In this document: piece by piece, positions 1 to 8,394 of the stretch | Numbering within the stretch: the first letter of the stretch is position 1 | How the letters are laid out: each line of letters starts with the position of its first letter | NCBI GenBank assembly: GCA_030649345.1 | Contig: JAUSKK010000016.1 | Location: 36,788 to 68,787 of the forward strand | From: Candidatus Iainarchaeum sp. | GTDB lineage: Archaea; Iainarchaeota; Iainarchaeia; Iainarchaeales; 0-14-0-20-34-12 | DNA length: 32,000 nt | Reading direction: 5' to 3' | Notes under the pieces: model-generated | The model's database searches: none | The model's input: only the letters and a program-made list of their open reading frames with translations | Told to the model about the DNA's origin: nothing | Position numbers and translations under genes: made by a program

Positions 1-421
1 CAATGAAAATTTTTGGAAAAACCTCAATTCTTTCCCGATACTCTAACAAACTAACTTGTTCTAAGGTTTGTTCAATTCCTTGATTGGAGTAACAGTCTGC
101 TTCTTGTTCTTTTGCAATCTTTAAAGCATCGCTTAACAATAAATGCATTAAATCTCTCGTAGGCTTAGTGCAATAAATTTTTCCAGTAAAACCAGCTTCA
201 ACCAAAAACGGAATATATCCTGAATGATCTAAATGTGCATGGCTTACAATAATGCAGTCCATATTTTTTGCTTTCTTGATAATTCCAACTGGAAATCGTT
301 GTTCAGGCAATTGCGAGCCTAAATTAATTCCGCAATCCAATAAAATATTTTTTCCATTTGCTTCCAGCAAAAAACAACTTCTTCCCACTTCTCGGACAGC
401 ACCTAAAAAAGAAATCTTCAT
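1..421 (-). CDS. Metallo-beta-lactamase / beta-CASP ribonuclease, N-terminal part (aCPSF2- or RNase J-like); the gene continues past the window start
   Basis: Absent from the ORF track because its stop is off-window. Minus-strand ATG at 421-419, then MKISFLGAVREVGRSCFLLEANGKNILLDCGINLG...MDCIIVSHAHLDHSGYIPFL. This carries the HxHxDH motif, has no N-terminal KH domains, and is open for 140 codons down to position 1. Confidence 0.85.
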   Translation of the reverse strand, partial: MKISFLGAVREVGRSCFLLEANGKNILLDCGINLGSQLPEQRFPVGIIKKAKNMDCIIVSHAHLDHSGYIPFLVEAGFTGKIYCTKPTRDLMHLLLSDALKIAKEQEADCYSNQGIEQTLEQVSLLEYRERIEVFPKIFI

Positions 422-1047
422 CAATATTCATCCGCCAAAGGTGCAAATACAAATTTTCCATTCCGATAACCAACCAATACTAAATTTTGTGGAGTAATCT
501 CTGTTCGTTCTCTAATCTGTACTAATGCAATCAGCAAACGTCTTCCATCCAGATTATGCTTGCGTTGAATTTTTTCAAAAAATTTAGTGCCTCGAAGAGT
601 CGGTTCTGATTTGCCCCCAATGCCTAAAATTTCCATGACCGGTATGCCGTGTGTTTTTCCCATGGCAATTAATTCTTTACTAATTGCATAAGCATTCAAT
701 GGCAATAATTGATATAGTTTCGATTTGTATTTTCGATTATGATCCCGGATTCTTTTTTTGATAAAGTCAATGGTTTCTTGCGCTGTGAACTGGAGTTCAT
801 TAACTGAATCTATTCCCATTCTTTGAACTCGCTTAATTACAATTCTTCGCGTTTTCGGAAAATTTCTGGAAACATTCATTTCACGTATTCGATAACCCCA
901 GTCTCTGGTGCTTGTTGGATCTTGATTAAATGGATTGGTTCCTTGTCTGGGATCAATGTTTTTCATTCTGCGCAATCTTGTATCTATTTTAGGCGCTGCT
1001 TTTTTCAAGCGTTTAATCAGTTTTTTCGGCAAAATTCGAGTAACCAT
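421..1047 (-). CDS. Hypothetical basic protein (208 aa), apparently translationally coupled to the downstream beta-CASP nuclease gene
   Basis: Complete ATG-started ORF. Its TGA stop shares one base with the ATG of the next gene (TGATG at 423-419). Lys/Arg-rich N-terminus. No family recognised by eye. Confidence 0.7.
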   Translation of the reverse strand: MVTRILPKKLIKRLKKAAPKIDTRLRRMKNIDPRQGTNPFNQDPTSTRDWGYRIREMNVSRNFPKTRRIVIKRVQRMGIDSVNELQFTAQETIDFIKKRIRDHNRKYKSKLYQLLPLNAYAISKELIAMGKTHGIPVMEILGIGGKSEPTLRGTKFFEKIQRKHNLDGRRLLIALVQIRERTEITPQNLVLVGYRNGKFVFAPLADEY

Positions 1048-1107
1048 TTCAATCCTATCAATACTTCAAACGCATTATTTAAGCCTATTTTGGTTGGCTT
1101 ATTGAGT

Positions 1108-1698
1108 ATGACTGAAGAACCAATTCAACCTGAACTAAAGCTATACCGTGCTTTATTGGAAAAATATGCTGATATTATTAATGAACATGAACGCAAAACC
1201 ATTGGGCAATTAAAAGCTTTAGTCAATCCAGAAAACTTAAGCATTCAAGCCTTGCTGTCAGATTTTCTGCCAGAAAATTATTCGTTTGAACAAGATTATT
1301 TAACTGTTTTAGAAAAAGTGTACACTTATTTAAAAAATGAAGTTCAATGCATCAAAACAGATTTGAATATTAATTATTGGATGTCGACTGAAGAAATTTT
1401 GCAACACCAAGTTGCAGATGACGAAGACATTGCAGTTTTATTGTGCGCTTGCATGCATGCCTTAGGTGACAAACAAGCTTTTGTCACAATTGCTGAATTA
1501 TCCAATCTAAGCACGCATGCTTTTGTTTTAACTGAATACAAAGATCAAGCTTTGCTGTTAGATTTGTTTCAAAAATATGAATTTCAAAAATTTTTTGGAA
1601 CCAAAGTTACAGTTTTAGAAAATTATACTTTCGAAGAAACAGCCATTAAACAATTCATGTACCAATTCAATCACTTTGAATACAAGCAGTTTCTCTAA
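1108..1698 (+). CDS. Hypothetical protein (196 aa), possibly a transglutaminase-like fold with the nucleophile Cys replaced
   Basis: I use the internal ATG at 1108 of track ORF 823..1698, because the 5' extension overlaps the minus-strand gene 421..1047. The segment VADDEDIAVLLCACMHALGDKQAFV...STHAFVLTEY...LLLDL resembles the G-x-C-x-x-F-A-x-L ... H ... D layout of the transglutaminase core, with Asp where Cys is expected. Confidence 0.6.
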   Translation: MTEEPIQPELKLYRALLEKYADIINEHERKTIGQLKALVNPENLSIQALLSDFLPENYSFEQDYLTVLEKVYTYLKNEVQCIKTDLNINYWMSTEEILQHQVADDEDIAVLLCACMHALGDKQAFVTIAELSNLSTHAFVLTEYKDQALLLDLFQKYEFQKFFGTKVTVLENYTFEETAIKQFMYQFNHFEYKQFL

Positions 1699-1702
1699 AC
1701 CT

Positions 1703-1724
1703 AAACCGCGGAAACCTGCGGTTT
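1703..1724. terminator. GC-containing hairpin between convergent genes (possible bidirectional terminator)
   Basis: aaaccgc / gcggttt forms a 7-bp stem with an 8-nt loop. It sits in the 83-bp gap between the stop at 1698 (+) and the stop at 1782 (-). A T7 run follows at about 1773-1779. Confidence 0.3.
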
Positions 1725-1781
1725 CCCCAGTTCCAAGTTCCTCCTGACCCTTCCCTTATTGGTCTTTCTATTTTTTTAAAA

Positions 1782-2405
1782 TTAGCGTGCCGGCCTGAAT
1801 CGTTTAATGGTGCCAACATCTAAAATATACAAACTTCCAGTTTTGGTCTTAGGGTCTAACTCAATTGTAAATGCTTCCATAGGAATTACCCAGCCATTTT
1901 TTGCAGCTAGTGTGACTGCTGTTTGAATTTGTTTTTGAATCACTGGATAATTTTTAATTCCACGAAAAGTTCCTGCCTGTTCCATTAACACCAGCAAAGA
2001 ATTCGCTCCAGCCGGCCAGTGATTTTCTGGCAACTCAATAAATCTTCCAGGATTTAAGTCCATTAATTTTTTTCCTTTTAATCCCAATCGTGTTAAAATT
2101 AAACTGGCAGCTCCAGAACTGTTAACTTTTAATCGTACTGTTCTCGGAAAAAGTTTTCTAGGTAAAAATCCCATCAAGCTTTTGAATGTTAAATAATCCT
2201 GCGAAGCTGTAGTTTTATGCGAAGGCGGATTTTCATGATATCTTTTTTCAGCTAAACTAACTCGATGTTTTCCTCTTCTATATTCCAAAGCTTCAACAAC
2301 CCCTTGTCCACCGCGTCCAATTTCTCTTCCCTGAACAATACTTCCCTTCAAAGTATTTCTTCTTCCGCCTGCTAAATGAAATCCTCGTAGTTTACGTGCC
2401 TGCAT
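1782..2405 (-). CDS. Uncharacterised basic protein, paralog A (207 aa) with a Gly-rich loop
   Basis: ATG-started ORF. By eye it aligns along its length with the product of 2895..3449. Shared blocks: GGR+, GKH-x-x-x-LAEK-x-Y, FLP+KLF, TVRLK, SLI-x-T-x-LG, LDL, LYI-x-D-x-G-x-I. It also contains GRGGQG. Confidence 0.75.
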   Translation of the reverse strand: MQARKLRGFHLAGGRRNTLKGSIVQGREIGRGGQGVVEALEYRRGKHRVSLAEKRYHENPPSHKTTASQDYLTFKSLMGFLPRKLFPRTVRLKVNSSGAASLILTRLGLKGKKLMDLNPGRFIELPENHWPAGANSLLVLMEQAGTFRGIKNYPVIQKQIQTAVTLAAKNGWVIPMEAFTIELDPKTKTGSLYILDVGTIKRFRPAR

Positions 2406-2438
2406 ATATAATTATTCCCTTCAGTTCTTTTTATACTA
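2404..2438. promoter_or_regulatory. Interdigitated divergent promoters in a 34-bp intergenic gap
   Basis: atatataatta (2404-2414) lies about 26-35 nt upstream of the + ATG at 2440. ctttttatac (2427-2436) lies about 22-31 nt upstream of the minus ATG at 2405. There is no room for a Shine-Dalgarno leader, which fits leaderless transcripts in both directions. Confidence 0.4.
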
Positions 2439-2439
2439 T

Positions 2440-2892
2440 ATGATTAAAGAAAAAAGTGCCGGAATTCTAATCTTTTTCTTAGACGCCCAGCAAACACCCC
2501 AATATCTTTTACTGCATTATCCGTTAGGCCATTGGGATTTTCCGAAAGGCCATGTAGAACAAAATGAAACTTTAGAAGAAACTGCTCTCCGCGAACTCGA
2601 AGAAGAAACCGGAATTTCCAAAAATCAAATTGCAATTATCTCTGGATTTGAACAATCTTTATCTTATTCCTATAATCACAGCGGAAAAAAATTCTTCAAA
2701 GAAGTAACTTTTTTCTTGGCAAAAACTCAAACTCAAACAGTAAAAATTTCGCGCGAACACATTAATTTCACTTGGTTGCCGTTTGAATTGGCGTATTCTA
2801 AATTAACCTATGAAAATGCTAAAAATATCCTAGAAAAAGCTCACATTTTCCTAAAACAAAAATTCAGCCAGAAAAAATTAGAGCAATTTTAA
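2440..2892 (+). CDS. Nudix hydrolase (Ap4A-hydrolase-like)
   Basis: Complete Nudix box GHVEQNETLEETALRELEEETGI (G-x5-E-x7-R-E-U-x-E-E-x-G-U). 150 aa. Confidence 0.93.
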   Translation: MIKEKSAGILIFFLDAQQTPQYLLLHYPLGHWDFPKGHVEQNETLEETALRELEEETGISKNQIAIISGFEQSLSYSYNHSGKKFFKEVTFFLAKTQTQTVKISREHINFTWLPFELAYSKLTYENAKNILEKAHIFLKQKFSQKKLEQF

Positions 2893-2894
2893 TT

Positions 2895-3449
2895 TTATTT
2901 TTTAGATTGAATTTTCCGAATACTTCCTAAATCCACAATATATAATTTTCCATATCCTGTGCTTGGATTCCAGTCTGCCATGAATGCATTAAACGGCAAA
3001 ATAAATCCATGCGCCTTTGCAGTTTCCATAACTGTTTCCATTTCTGTAAATAAAGCTTTCCTGTTTTTTACTTGACCTAAAACTTCCGAGTATCGTACTT
3101 TCCATAAATCCAATACCTGATTTCCATTTCTTCCAAGTTGAGTCATTATCAAACTAGGTCTTTTTCCTTTTTCTAACTTTAAACGGACTGTGGGTAAAAA
3201 TAATTTTTTTGGCAAAAATGTCTGCAAGGCTTTAACCATTTGAAAATCTCTTCGCGCATTTGTAAACGGATAATAAGTTCTATATTCTTTTTCTGCTAAA
3301 TGGATTGTATGCTTTCCTTTTGAATACGTAAATTCAAATATAGTTCCATCGTCTCCGCCTAAATCCAGCATTTTTTTCTGAACTCCTGTATTTCCTGTAA
3401 TTTTTTTCCTTCCACCCAGTAAGCGAATCTTTGGTTTTGGTTTAAACAT
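2895..3449 (-). CDS. Uncharacterised basic protein, paralog B (184 aa) of the 1782..2405 product
   Basis: ATG start with GGTTGTGA upstream. Shares the blocks LLGGRKK, KGKHTIHLAEKEY, FLPKKLF, TVRLKLEKGK, SLIMTQLG, LDL and KLYIVDLGSI with paralog A. Its stop is 2 bp from the Nudix stop (convergent). Confidence 0.75.
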   Translation of the reverse strand: MFKPKPKIRLLGGRKKITGNTGVQKKMLDLGGDDGTIFEFTYSKGKHTIHLAEKEYRTYYPFTNARRDFQMVKALQTFLPKKLFLPTVRLKLEKGKRPSLIMTQLGRNGNQVLDLWKVRYSEVLGQVKNRKALFTEMETVMETAKAHGFILPFNAFMADWNPSTGYGKLYIVDLGSIRKIQSKK

Positions 3450-3611
3450 TTCACAACCTTTTATTCACTAATTTGTGTGCTTTGCTTTAGATTAAAGTTA
3501 TGGTTTAACTTACTTTCAGGTCTGTATTAGTGCATATTTCAAAATGTTCATACTTGCTCATACTGTGTCCTATTCGTTCGCCTATTTAAATTTTCGAATC
3601 GTTTTCTTAGT

Positions 3612-5006
3612 ATGGAACAAGTTGTTCAAATTGAACCCACTCTTTTTCGTGAATACGATATTCGAGGCATAGTAGATCAAGATTTAACACCGCAAACCAT
3701 TCAATGGATTGGTCAAGCTTTTGGAACATATTTAAAAAACAAAAAAATTTCTGATTGTGTCGTAGGCTTTGATGCCCGTTCGTATTCTGAAAAAGTTTCC
3801 AAAGACCTTATTCAAGGTTTACTGAAAACTGGAGTCAATGTTATTTCCATTGGCACATGTTTAACTCCAATGCTGTATTTTGCTCAATTTAATTTAAATA
3901 TTTCTGCCGGGGTCATGGTGACAGCTTCGCATAATCCGAATGGCTGGACTGGATTCAAACTAAGTTATACTCCGGGTTTGACTTTAGGCACGGAAGAAAT
4001 TCAAGAACTGCATCAAATGATTTTAAATCAAAACTTTGTTTTCGGAAAAGGAATTGAAAAACAAAAGTCTATCACTGAACCGTACATTAAAGAATTGGTT
4101 CAAAAAATTAAGCTTAAACAAAAACCCAAAATTGTAGTCAATACCAGAAATGGAACAGCTGCTTTGTTTGCGCCAGAGTTATTTAAGTTAGCTGGCTGTC
4201 AAGTGATTGAACAATTTTGTTCTCTGGATACTTTATTTCCAAACGGAAACCCCAACCCAAGTTTGCAAGATATGCTGGAAGAAACTGGAAAAAAAGTAAT
4301 CCACGAAAAAGCAGACTTGGGTTTTGCTTTTGACGGCGATGGAGACAGATTGGGAATTGTGGATTCTAAAGGTAATCCAATTTATGCTGACAAAATTGCC
4401 TGCGTTTTATCCCAGCATATTTTGAAAAAACAACCGTATGCTTCCATTGTATTTGATGTCAAATGTTCTCAGGCTTTGCCGGATGTTATTGCTCAAAGTA
4501 AAGGAATTCCAGTTATGTGGAAAACAGGACATTCGCACATTAAACATAAAGCTAAAGAAATCAAAGCAGCCTTTGCAGCTGAACGCTCTGGCCATTTCTT
4601 TTTCTTTGACAGATACTATGGCTATGATGATGCCTTGTATACTGGTTTGCGTGTCTTGGAAGTTTTAGAATCTGAAAAAAAATCTTTGCATGAGCTCATT
4701 CAACAATTGCCGCATTATGTTACAGCTCCAGTTTATGCTGTAACTTGCAGAGACACTGTCAAATATCAAGTGGTTGAAAAAATGGTGAAAAATTTAAAAC
4801 AAAAATTTCCCAAAGTCAATGACATTAATGGAGCTCGTGTAGAATTTCCAGACGGCTTTATGCTGGTGCGCGCTTCCTCCAATGAACCTATCCTGGTTTT
4901 AGTATTTGAAGCCAAAAGCGAAAAAAGATTGGAAGAATTTAAAACAATTATGAAAACAGAATTAAGCCAATATCCTGAAATTGGAAAAGAATGGCATTAC
5001 AATTAA
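3612..5006 (+). CDS. Phosphomannomutase / phosphoglucomutase (alpha-D-phosphohexomutase family)
   Basis: FREYDIRG N-terminal motif, active-site loop TASHNPNGWTGFK, metal-binding loop FDGDGDRLG. 464 aa. A TATA-like tatttaaa lies about 27 nt upstream of the ATG. Confidence 0.95.
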   Translation: MEQVVQIEPTLFREYDIRGIVDQDLTPQTIQWIGQAFGTYLKNKKISDCVVGFDARSYSEKVSKDLIQGLLKTGVNVISIGTCLTPMLYFAQFNLNISAGVMVTASHNPNGWTGFKLSYTPGLTLGTEEIQELHQMILNQNFVFGKGIEKQKSITEPYIKELVQKIKLKQKPKIVVNTRNGTAALFAPELFKLAGCQVIEQFCSLDTLFPNGNPNPSLQDMLEETGKKVIHEKADLGFAFDGDGDRLGIVDSKGNPIYADKIACVLSQHILKKQPYASIVFDVKCSQALPDVIAQSKGIPVMWKTGHSHIKHKAKEIKAAFAAERSGHFFFFDRYYGYDDALYTGLRVLEVLESEKKSLHELIQQLPHYVTAPVYAVTCRDTVKYQVVEKMVKNLKQKFPKVNDINGARVEFPDGFMLVRASSNEPILVLVFEAKSEKRLEEFKTIMKTELSQYPEIGKEWHYN

Positions 5007-5019
5007 TGGTGATTAATTT

Positions 5020-6030
5020 ATGAAAAAATTACGAATTGCAATCAATGGTTTTGGAAGAATTGGACGATTATTTTATCGAATTGCTTTAGAACATCCAAAT
5101 CTAGAAGTGGTTGCAGCCAATGATTTAGGTTTAACTCCTGTTCTGGCTAATTTATTAAAATTTGATTCAGTTTACGGAAAATTCAATCATTCTATTTCAG
5201 TCCAAAACGAAACCATTCAAGTAGATCAACATTCAATTCAATTTTTTCACGAACGCGATCCTGTAAATTTGCCTTGGAAAAATTTAGACATTGATTTAGT
5301 TTTGGACGCTACCAGTTTGTTTCGAAAACGAGAACAATTAGAACCTCACTTAAAAGCCGGAGCCAAAAAAGTACTCATTGCAGTGCCGCCCAAAGATGAA
5401 AGCATTCAACAAATTGTCTTATGTGCGAACAAACCAGTATACGATCCAAAAAAACACGATATTGTAAGCATGGCTTCTTGTACTACCAATTCAGCAGTTC
5501 CTTTAGCTTTGGTTTTACACAAAGAATTTGGAATCGAAAAAGGATTCATTAACACTACGCATGCTGTAACCATGGATCAATCTTTACTGGATGCATCCAA
5601 CAAAGATATGCGCCGGGCCAGAAATTCTATGTTGAATATTATTCCAACCAGTACAGGTTCGGCCAAAGCAGTAGGAGTTGTTATTCCAGAACTTAAAGGA
5701 AAATTAAACGGAGTGGCTATGCGGGTGCCCATCAGTGCAGGATCGATTACAGACTTAACCGTTAAATTATCTAAAGCAAGCACTGTTGAAGAAGTGAATC
5801 AAAAATTCAAGCACTATGCGCAAACTTCTTTGAAAGGCTTTTTAGAATACTCTGAAGAAGAATTGGTCAGCTCAGATATTGTTGGAAATTCAAATACGTG
5901 TATTTTTGACTCCAAACAAACCATGGTTATTGGAGATTTAGTGAAAGTCTTAGGCTGGTACGACAATGAATTTGGGTATGCCAGCAAACTAGCGGATTTT
6001 GCAGATTATATTTTAGAACAAGGTTTTTGA
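5020..6030 (+). CDS. gap: Glyceraldehyde-3-phosphate dehydrogenase, class I (bacterial/eukaryotic type)
   Basis: INGFGRIGR Rossmann motif, catalytic SCTTN, WYDNEFGY near the C-terminus. GGTGAT Shine-Dalgarno upstream. Starts 13 bp after the previous gene. Confidence 0.96.
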   Translation: MKKLRIAINGFGRIGRLFYRIALEHPNLEVVAANDLGLTPVLANLLKFDSVYGKFNHSISVQNETIQVDQHSIQFFHERDPVNLPWKNLDIDLVLDATSLFRKREQLEPHLKAGAKKVLIAVPPKDESIQQIVLCANKPVYDPKKHDIVSMASCTTNSAVPLALVLHKEFGIEKGFINTTHAVTMDQSLLDASNKDMRRARNSMLNIIPTSTGSAKAVGVVIPELKGKLNGVAMRVPISAGSITDLTVKLSKASTVEEVNQKFKHYAQTSLKGFLEYSEEELVSSDIVGNSNTCIFDSKQTMVIGDLVKVLGWYDNEFGYASKLADFADYILEQGF

Positions 6031-6031
6031 A

Positions 6032-7258
6032 ATGCATGATTACGAAAAATTGCCTTACATTAATGGACAAGATTTAACTGGAAAAACTGTTCTAGTTCGA
6101 GTTGACTTAAACACCAGTGTCCAAAATGGAAAAATTACTTTAAGTCCAAGATTATTCGAGCACAGCAATACTTTAGAAGATTTATCGGACCGCAATGCTA
6201 AAGTTGTAGCTGTAAGCCATCAAGGAAGAAAAGACAGAGATGATTTTGTTTCCTTAGAACAACATGCTGAAGTCTTAGAACATTTAACTGGAAAACATGT
6301 ACAATTTTGTTCCTGGGATGATGACTATATTTCCAAAATTAAAGAACTTAAAAACGGAAATATTTTGGTTTTAGACAACACACGTTTTTTAGATTACGAA
6401 ACTCAAGAACTAAGCGCAGAAGAACATGCTGAAAATCCTAAAGTTAAAGAATTAGCCAAAGTATGCGATATGTTTGTTTTAGATACTCTAAGTGTAGCGC
6501 ATAGATCTCATGCTTTGGTGGTAGGTTTAATGCCGTTATTGCCGAGTTTTATTGGTCCAGTTTTAAGAAAAGAATTAAAGGCTTTGAAAAAAATTGTGAC
6601 AGCCGATCATGGTTCTGTTTTAATTTTAGGCGGAGCCAAAGTAGAAGAATCTTTGGAAGCCATGAAAAAAATGTTAACTGCGGAAAAGGTTGACTTAGTT
6701 TTATTGGGTGGAATTCCAGGCGAGCTTGCAATCATTGCAAAAGGAGAAAATTTAGGAAAAAAACAACACTGGCTTCAAGAAAAAGGATACATTCAATTCG
6801 TGCCTTTGCTGAAAGAATTTTTAGAACGCTACGAAGATCGTATATTAATTCCGGTTGATTTTGCAGTTGAACGAAATTTGCGCAGAAAAGAAATTTCTTT
6901 AGCTGAATTACCCATGCATGAAACCATCTATGATATCGGAGAAGTCACAGCACAAATGTATGCCTCCAAATTAGAAAATGCAAAACTCGTAATTTTTAAC
7001 GGGCCAGTTGGAGTATTTGAAAAATATCAATTTTCGTATGGCACCAGAAAACTTTTGTCAGCTTTAGCAGACTCTCGTGCCTTTTCTGTAATTGGCGGAG
7101 GAGATACTTTGACTGCCATTTCTTCTTTGGGTTTTAAAGAACGAGAATTTTCTCACACCAGTTTAGCTGGAAAAGCTTTGCTGGATTTCTTGGCAGGAAA
7201 CAAAGTAGCTGCCTTGGCTGCTATTGAAAAATATGCACCGAAAGTTGAAATAAAATAA
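6032..7258 (+). CDS. pgk: Phosphoglycerate kinase (archaeal-type sequence)
   Basis: VLVRVDLN, VSHQGRKDRDDFVSLEQHA, LDNTRF and GGGDT. 408 aa. Starts 1 bp after the gap stop. Confidence 0.95.
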   Translation: MHDYEKLPYINGQDLTGKTVLVRVDLNTSVQNGKITLSPRLFEHSNTLEDLSDRNAKVVAVSHQGRKDRDDFVSLEQHAEVLEHLTGKHVQFCSWDDDYISKIKELKNGNILVLDNTRFLDYETQELSAEEHAENPKVKELAKVCDMFVLDTLSVAHRSHALVVGLMPLLPSFIGPVLRKELKALKKIVTADHGSVLILGGAKVEESLEAMKKMLTAEKVDLVLLGGIPGELAIIAKGENLGKKQHWLQEKGYIQFVPLLKEFLERYEDRILIPVDFAVERNLRRKEISLAELPMHETIYDIGEVTAQMYASKLENAKLVIFNGPVGVFEKYQFSYGTRKLLSALADSRAFSVIGGGDTLTAISSLGFKEREFSHTSLAGKALLDFLAGNKVAALAAIEKYAPKVEIK

Positions 7259-7273
7259 TTATTTTTTTAACAT

Positions 7274-8020
7274 TTAGTCGTACGCACTTATTAATTCACT
7301 GATGAGACTTTTTGCTTGGTCTAAAGTACAATAACTGGATGCTGGAGTATTTTGATAGTTTACAGTTCCTGCATTTTGGTTACTGGTTACATTCGTTTTT
7401 CCATGAGAATCATGATACTCGTAGACATACCCATTTTTTAGAAGAACAACTATGTCATAAGCAAAATCATCAATATTTTCTCTGTTGCTGCCAACTGCAT
7501 TGGAAGTATTAATATACTCTGCAAAAGCAGCTTGTCCAAGATCTGAAATGGGAACAACTGTTCGCTGTGTAGTTTTTTCATATTCCATATCTTCATTAAA
7601 TTGAGCCAAAGTAGATTTACTAAGCATACCGTTCTGAGCACCAAAAGATATGTCAAAGCTAAATTCATCTCCAATAATCGTCATGCATGATCCATCGCTT
7701 CCAACATTCCTGCGATTCCCTTCTGTACTGGGACAAGATATATTTCCTGTTATAGTACAATATCTTTTGACTAAATCTGCATTAAGACAAATTGTGCCTG
7801 GAGTGGCAATTTCGCTAGTGCAACTGTATTTTGAAGGTTCAATTGCAGAATCAACAGTAGCTGCTGTTTCAGATGAAGCTGTATTGGTATTTGTTTGGCT
7901 AATTGAATTCTGTGAACTTCCAGTTTCATTTGTTGAAGTTGTCTGCGTGTCTGATTGTGTGCATCCAGTTAAGACTGCAAGAACTAAAATTAAAATACCA
8001 ATTTTCAGTTTTAATTGCAT
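7274..8020 (-). CDS. Secreted lipoprotein-like protein with a Ser/Thr-rich linker (248 aa)
   Basis: I use the internal ATG at 8020. The N-terminus MQLKLKIGILILVLAVLTGC has an L-T-G-C lipobox-like end. A TQSDTQTTSTNETGSSQNSISQTNTNTASSETAAT linker and a Cys-containing globular part follow. No family recognised. Confidence 0.7.
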   Translation of the reverse strand: MQLKLKIGILILVLAVLTGCTQSDTQTTSTNETGSSQNSISQTNTNTASSETAATVDSAIEPSKYSCTSEIATPGTICLNADLVKRYCTITGNISCPSTEGNRRNVGSDGSCMTIIGDEFSFDISFGAQNGMLSKSTLAQFNEDMEYEKTTQRTVVPISDLGQAAFAEYINTSNAVGSNRENIDDFAYDIVVLLKNGYVYEYHDSHGKTNVTSNQNAGTVNYQNTPASSYCTLDQAKSLISELISAYD

Positions 8021-8112
8021 GTGATCTAATAAGAATCTTATTCTTTTTAAATCTTTCAGTTGAAAATGGACTTGTTTAATATCCAATTGCATCAGCTGTT
8101 GACTTGTGCATT

Positions 8113-8394
8113 TTATTTGACTTCAACACCAAACTTTGTTTTCAAAGCATCAATTAAATCTCGGACTTGTACTCCATTGGTTCTAGCAATTGCTTTAACT
8201 CTGCCTAAATTAATTATACGTAAATCGCCTTTCACACTTTTCACTAAATTGGTGGCAGTTATAGCAACCTGAGAAGCGTACCGTTTGGGCACCCGATTCG
8301 CTCTGAGTTTCTTTACATCCAAGTGACGTGTAGTTCTTTTGGGTGTCAGCACTGGCTTTCCTTTAGGTCGAACTCTTCCAGCAGGCATATACAT
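8113..8394 (-). CDS. Small basic protein (93 aa), probably nucleic-acid binding
   Basis: Arg/Lys/Pro-rich N-terminal tail (AGRVRPKGKPVLTPKRTTRH). C-terminal helical segment LGRVKAIARTNGVQVRDLIDALKTKFG, which looks SAP/HeH-like by eye. G+C is higher than in the neighbours. No firm family call. Confidence 0.6.
   Translation of the reverse strand: MYMPAGRVRPKGKPVLTPKRTTRHLDVKKLRANRVPKRYASQVAITATNLVKSVKGDLRIINLGRVKAIARTNGVQVRDLIDALKTKFGVEVK

Noticed and set aside
252-497. Track ORF on the + strand (81 aa)
   Set aside because: It is antisense to the beta-CASP N-terminus, which carries a clear HxHxDH motif. Its peptide is featureless and no start signal is visible.
823-1107. 5' extension of the 291-aa track ORF
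   Set aside because: It overlaps the minus-strand gene 421..1047 by about 225 nt and has odd composition. The internal ATG at 1108 gives a clean, non-overlapping gene.
7312-8024. Nested and antisense track ORFs here (7312..7512, 7450..7674, 7650..8024) and similar ones elsewhere (2444..2635, 4407..4668, 5577..5783, 6549..6731, 8629..8817, 12646..12855, 14818..15000, 15782..15964, 17050..17325, 19549..19782, 20962..21177, 23470..23658, 24195..24386, 24928..25137, 25341..25532, 26912..27109)
   Set aside because: Each lies inside a longer ORF with recognisable motifs or coherent topology. They are short and typical of A/T-rich antisense frames.
8021-8092. 24-codon N-terminal extension of the lipoprotein-like ORF
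   Set aside because: A signal peptide should be N-terminal. The ATG at 8020 places MQLKLKIGILILVLAVLTGC at the start.
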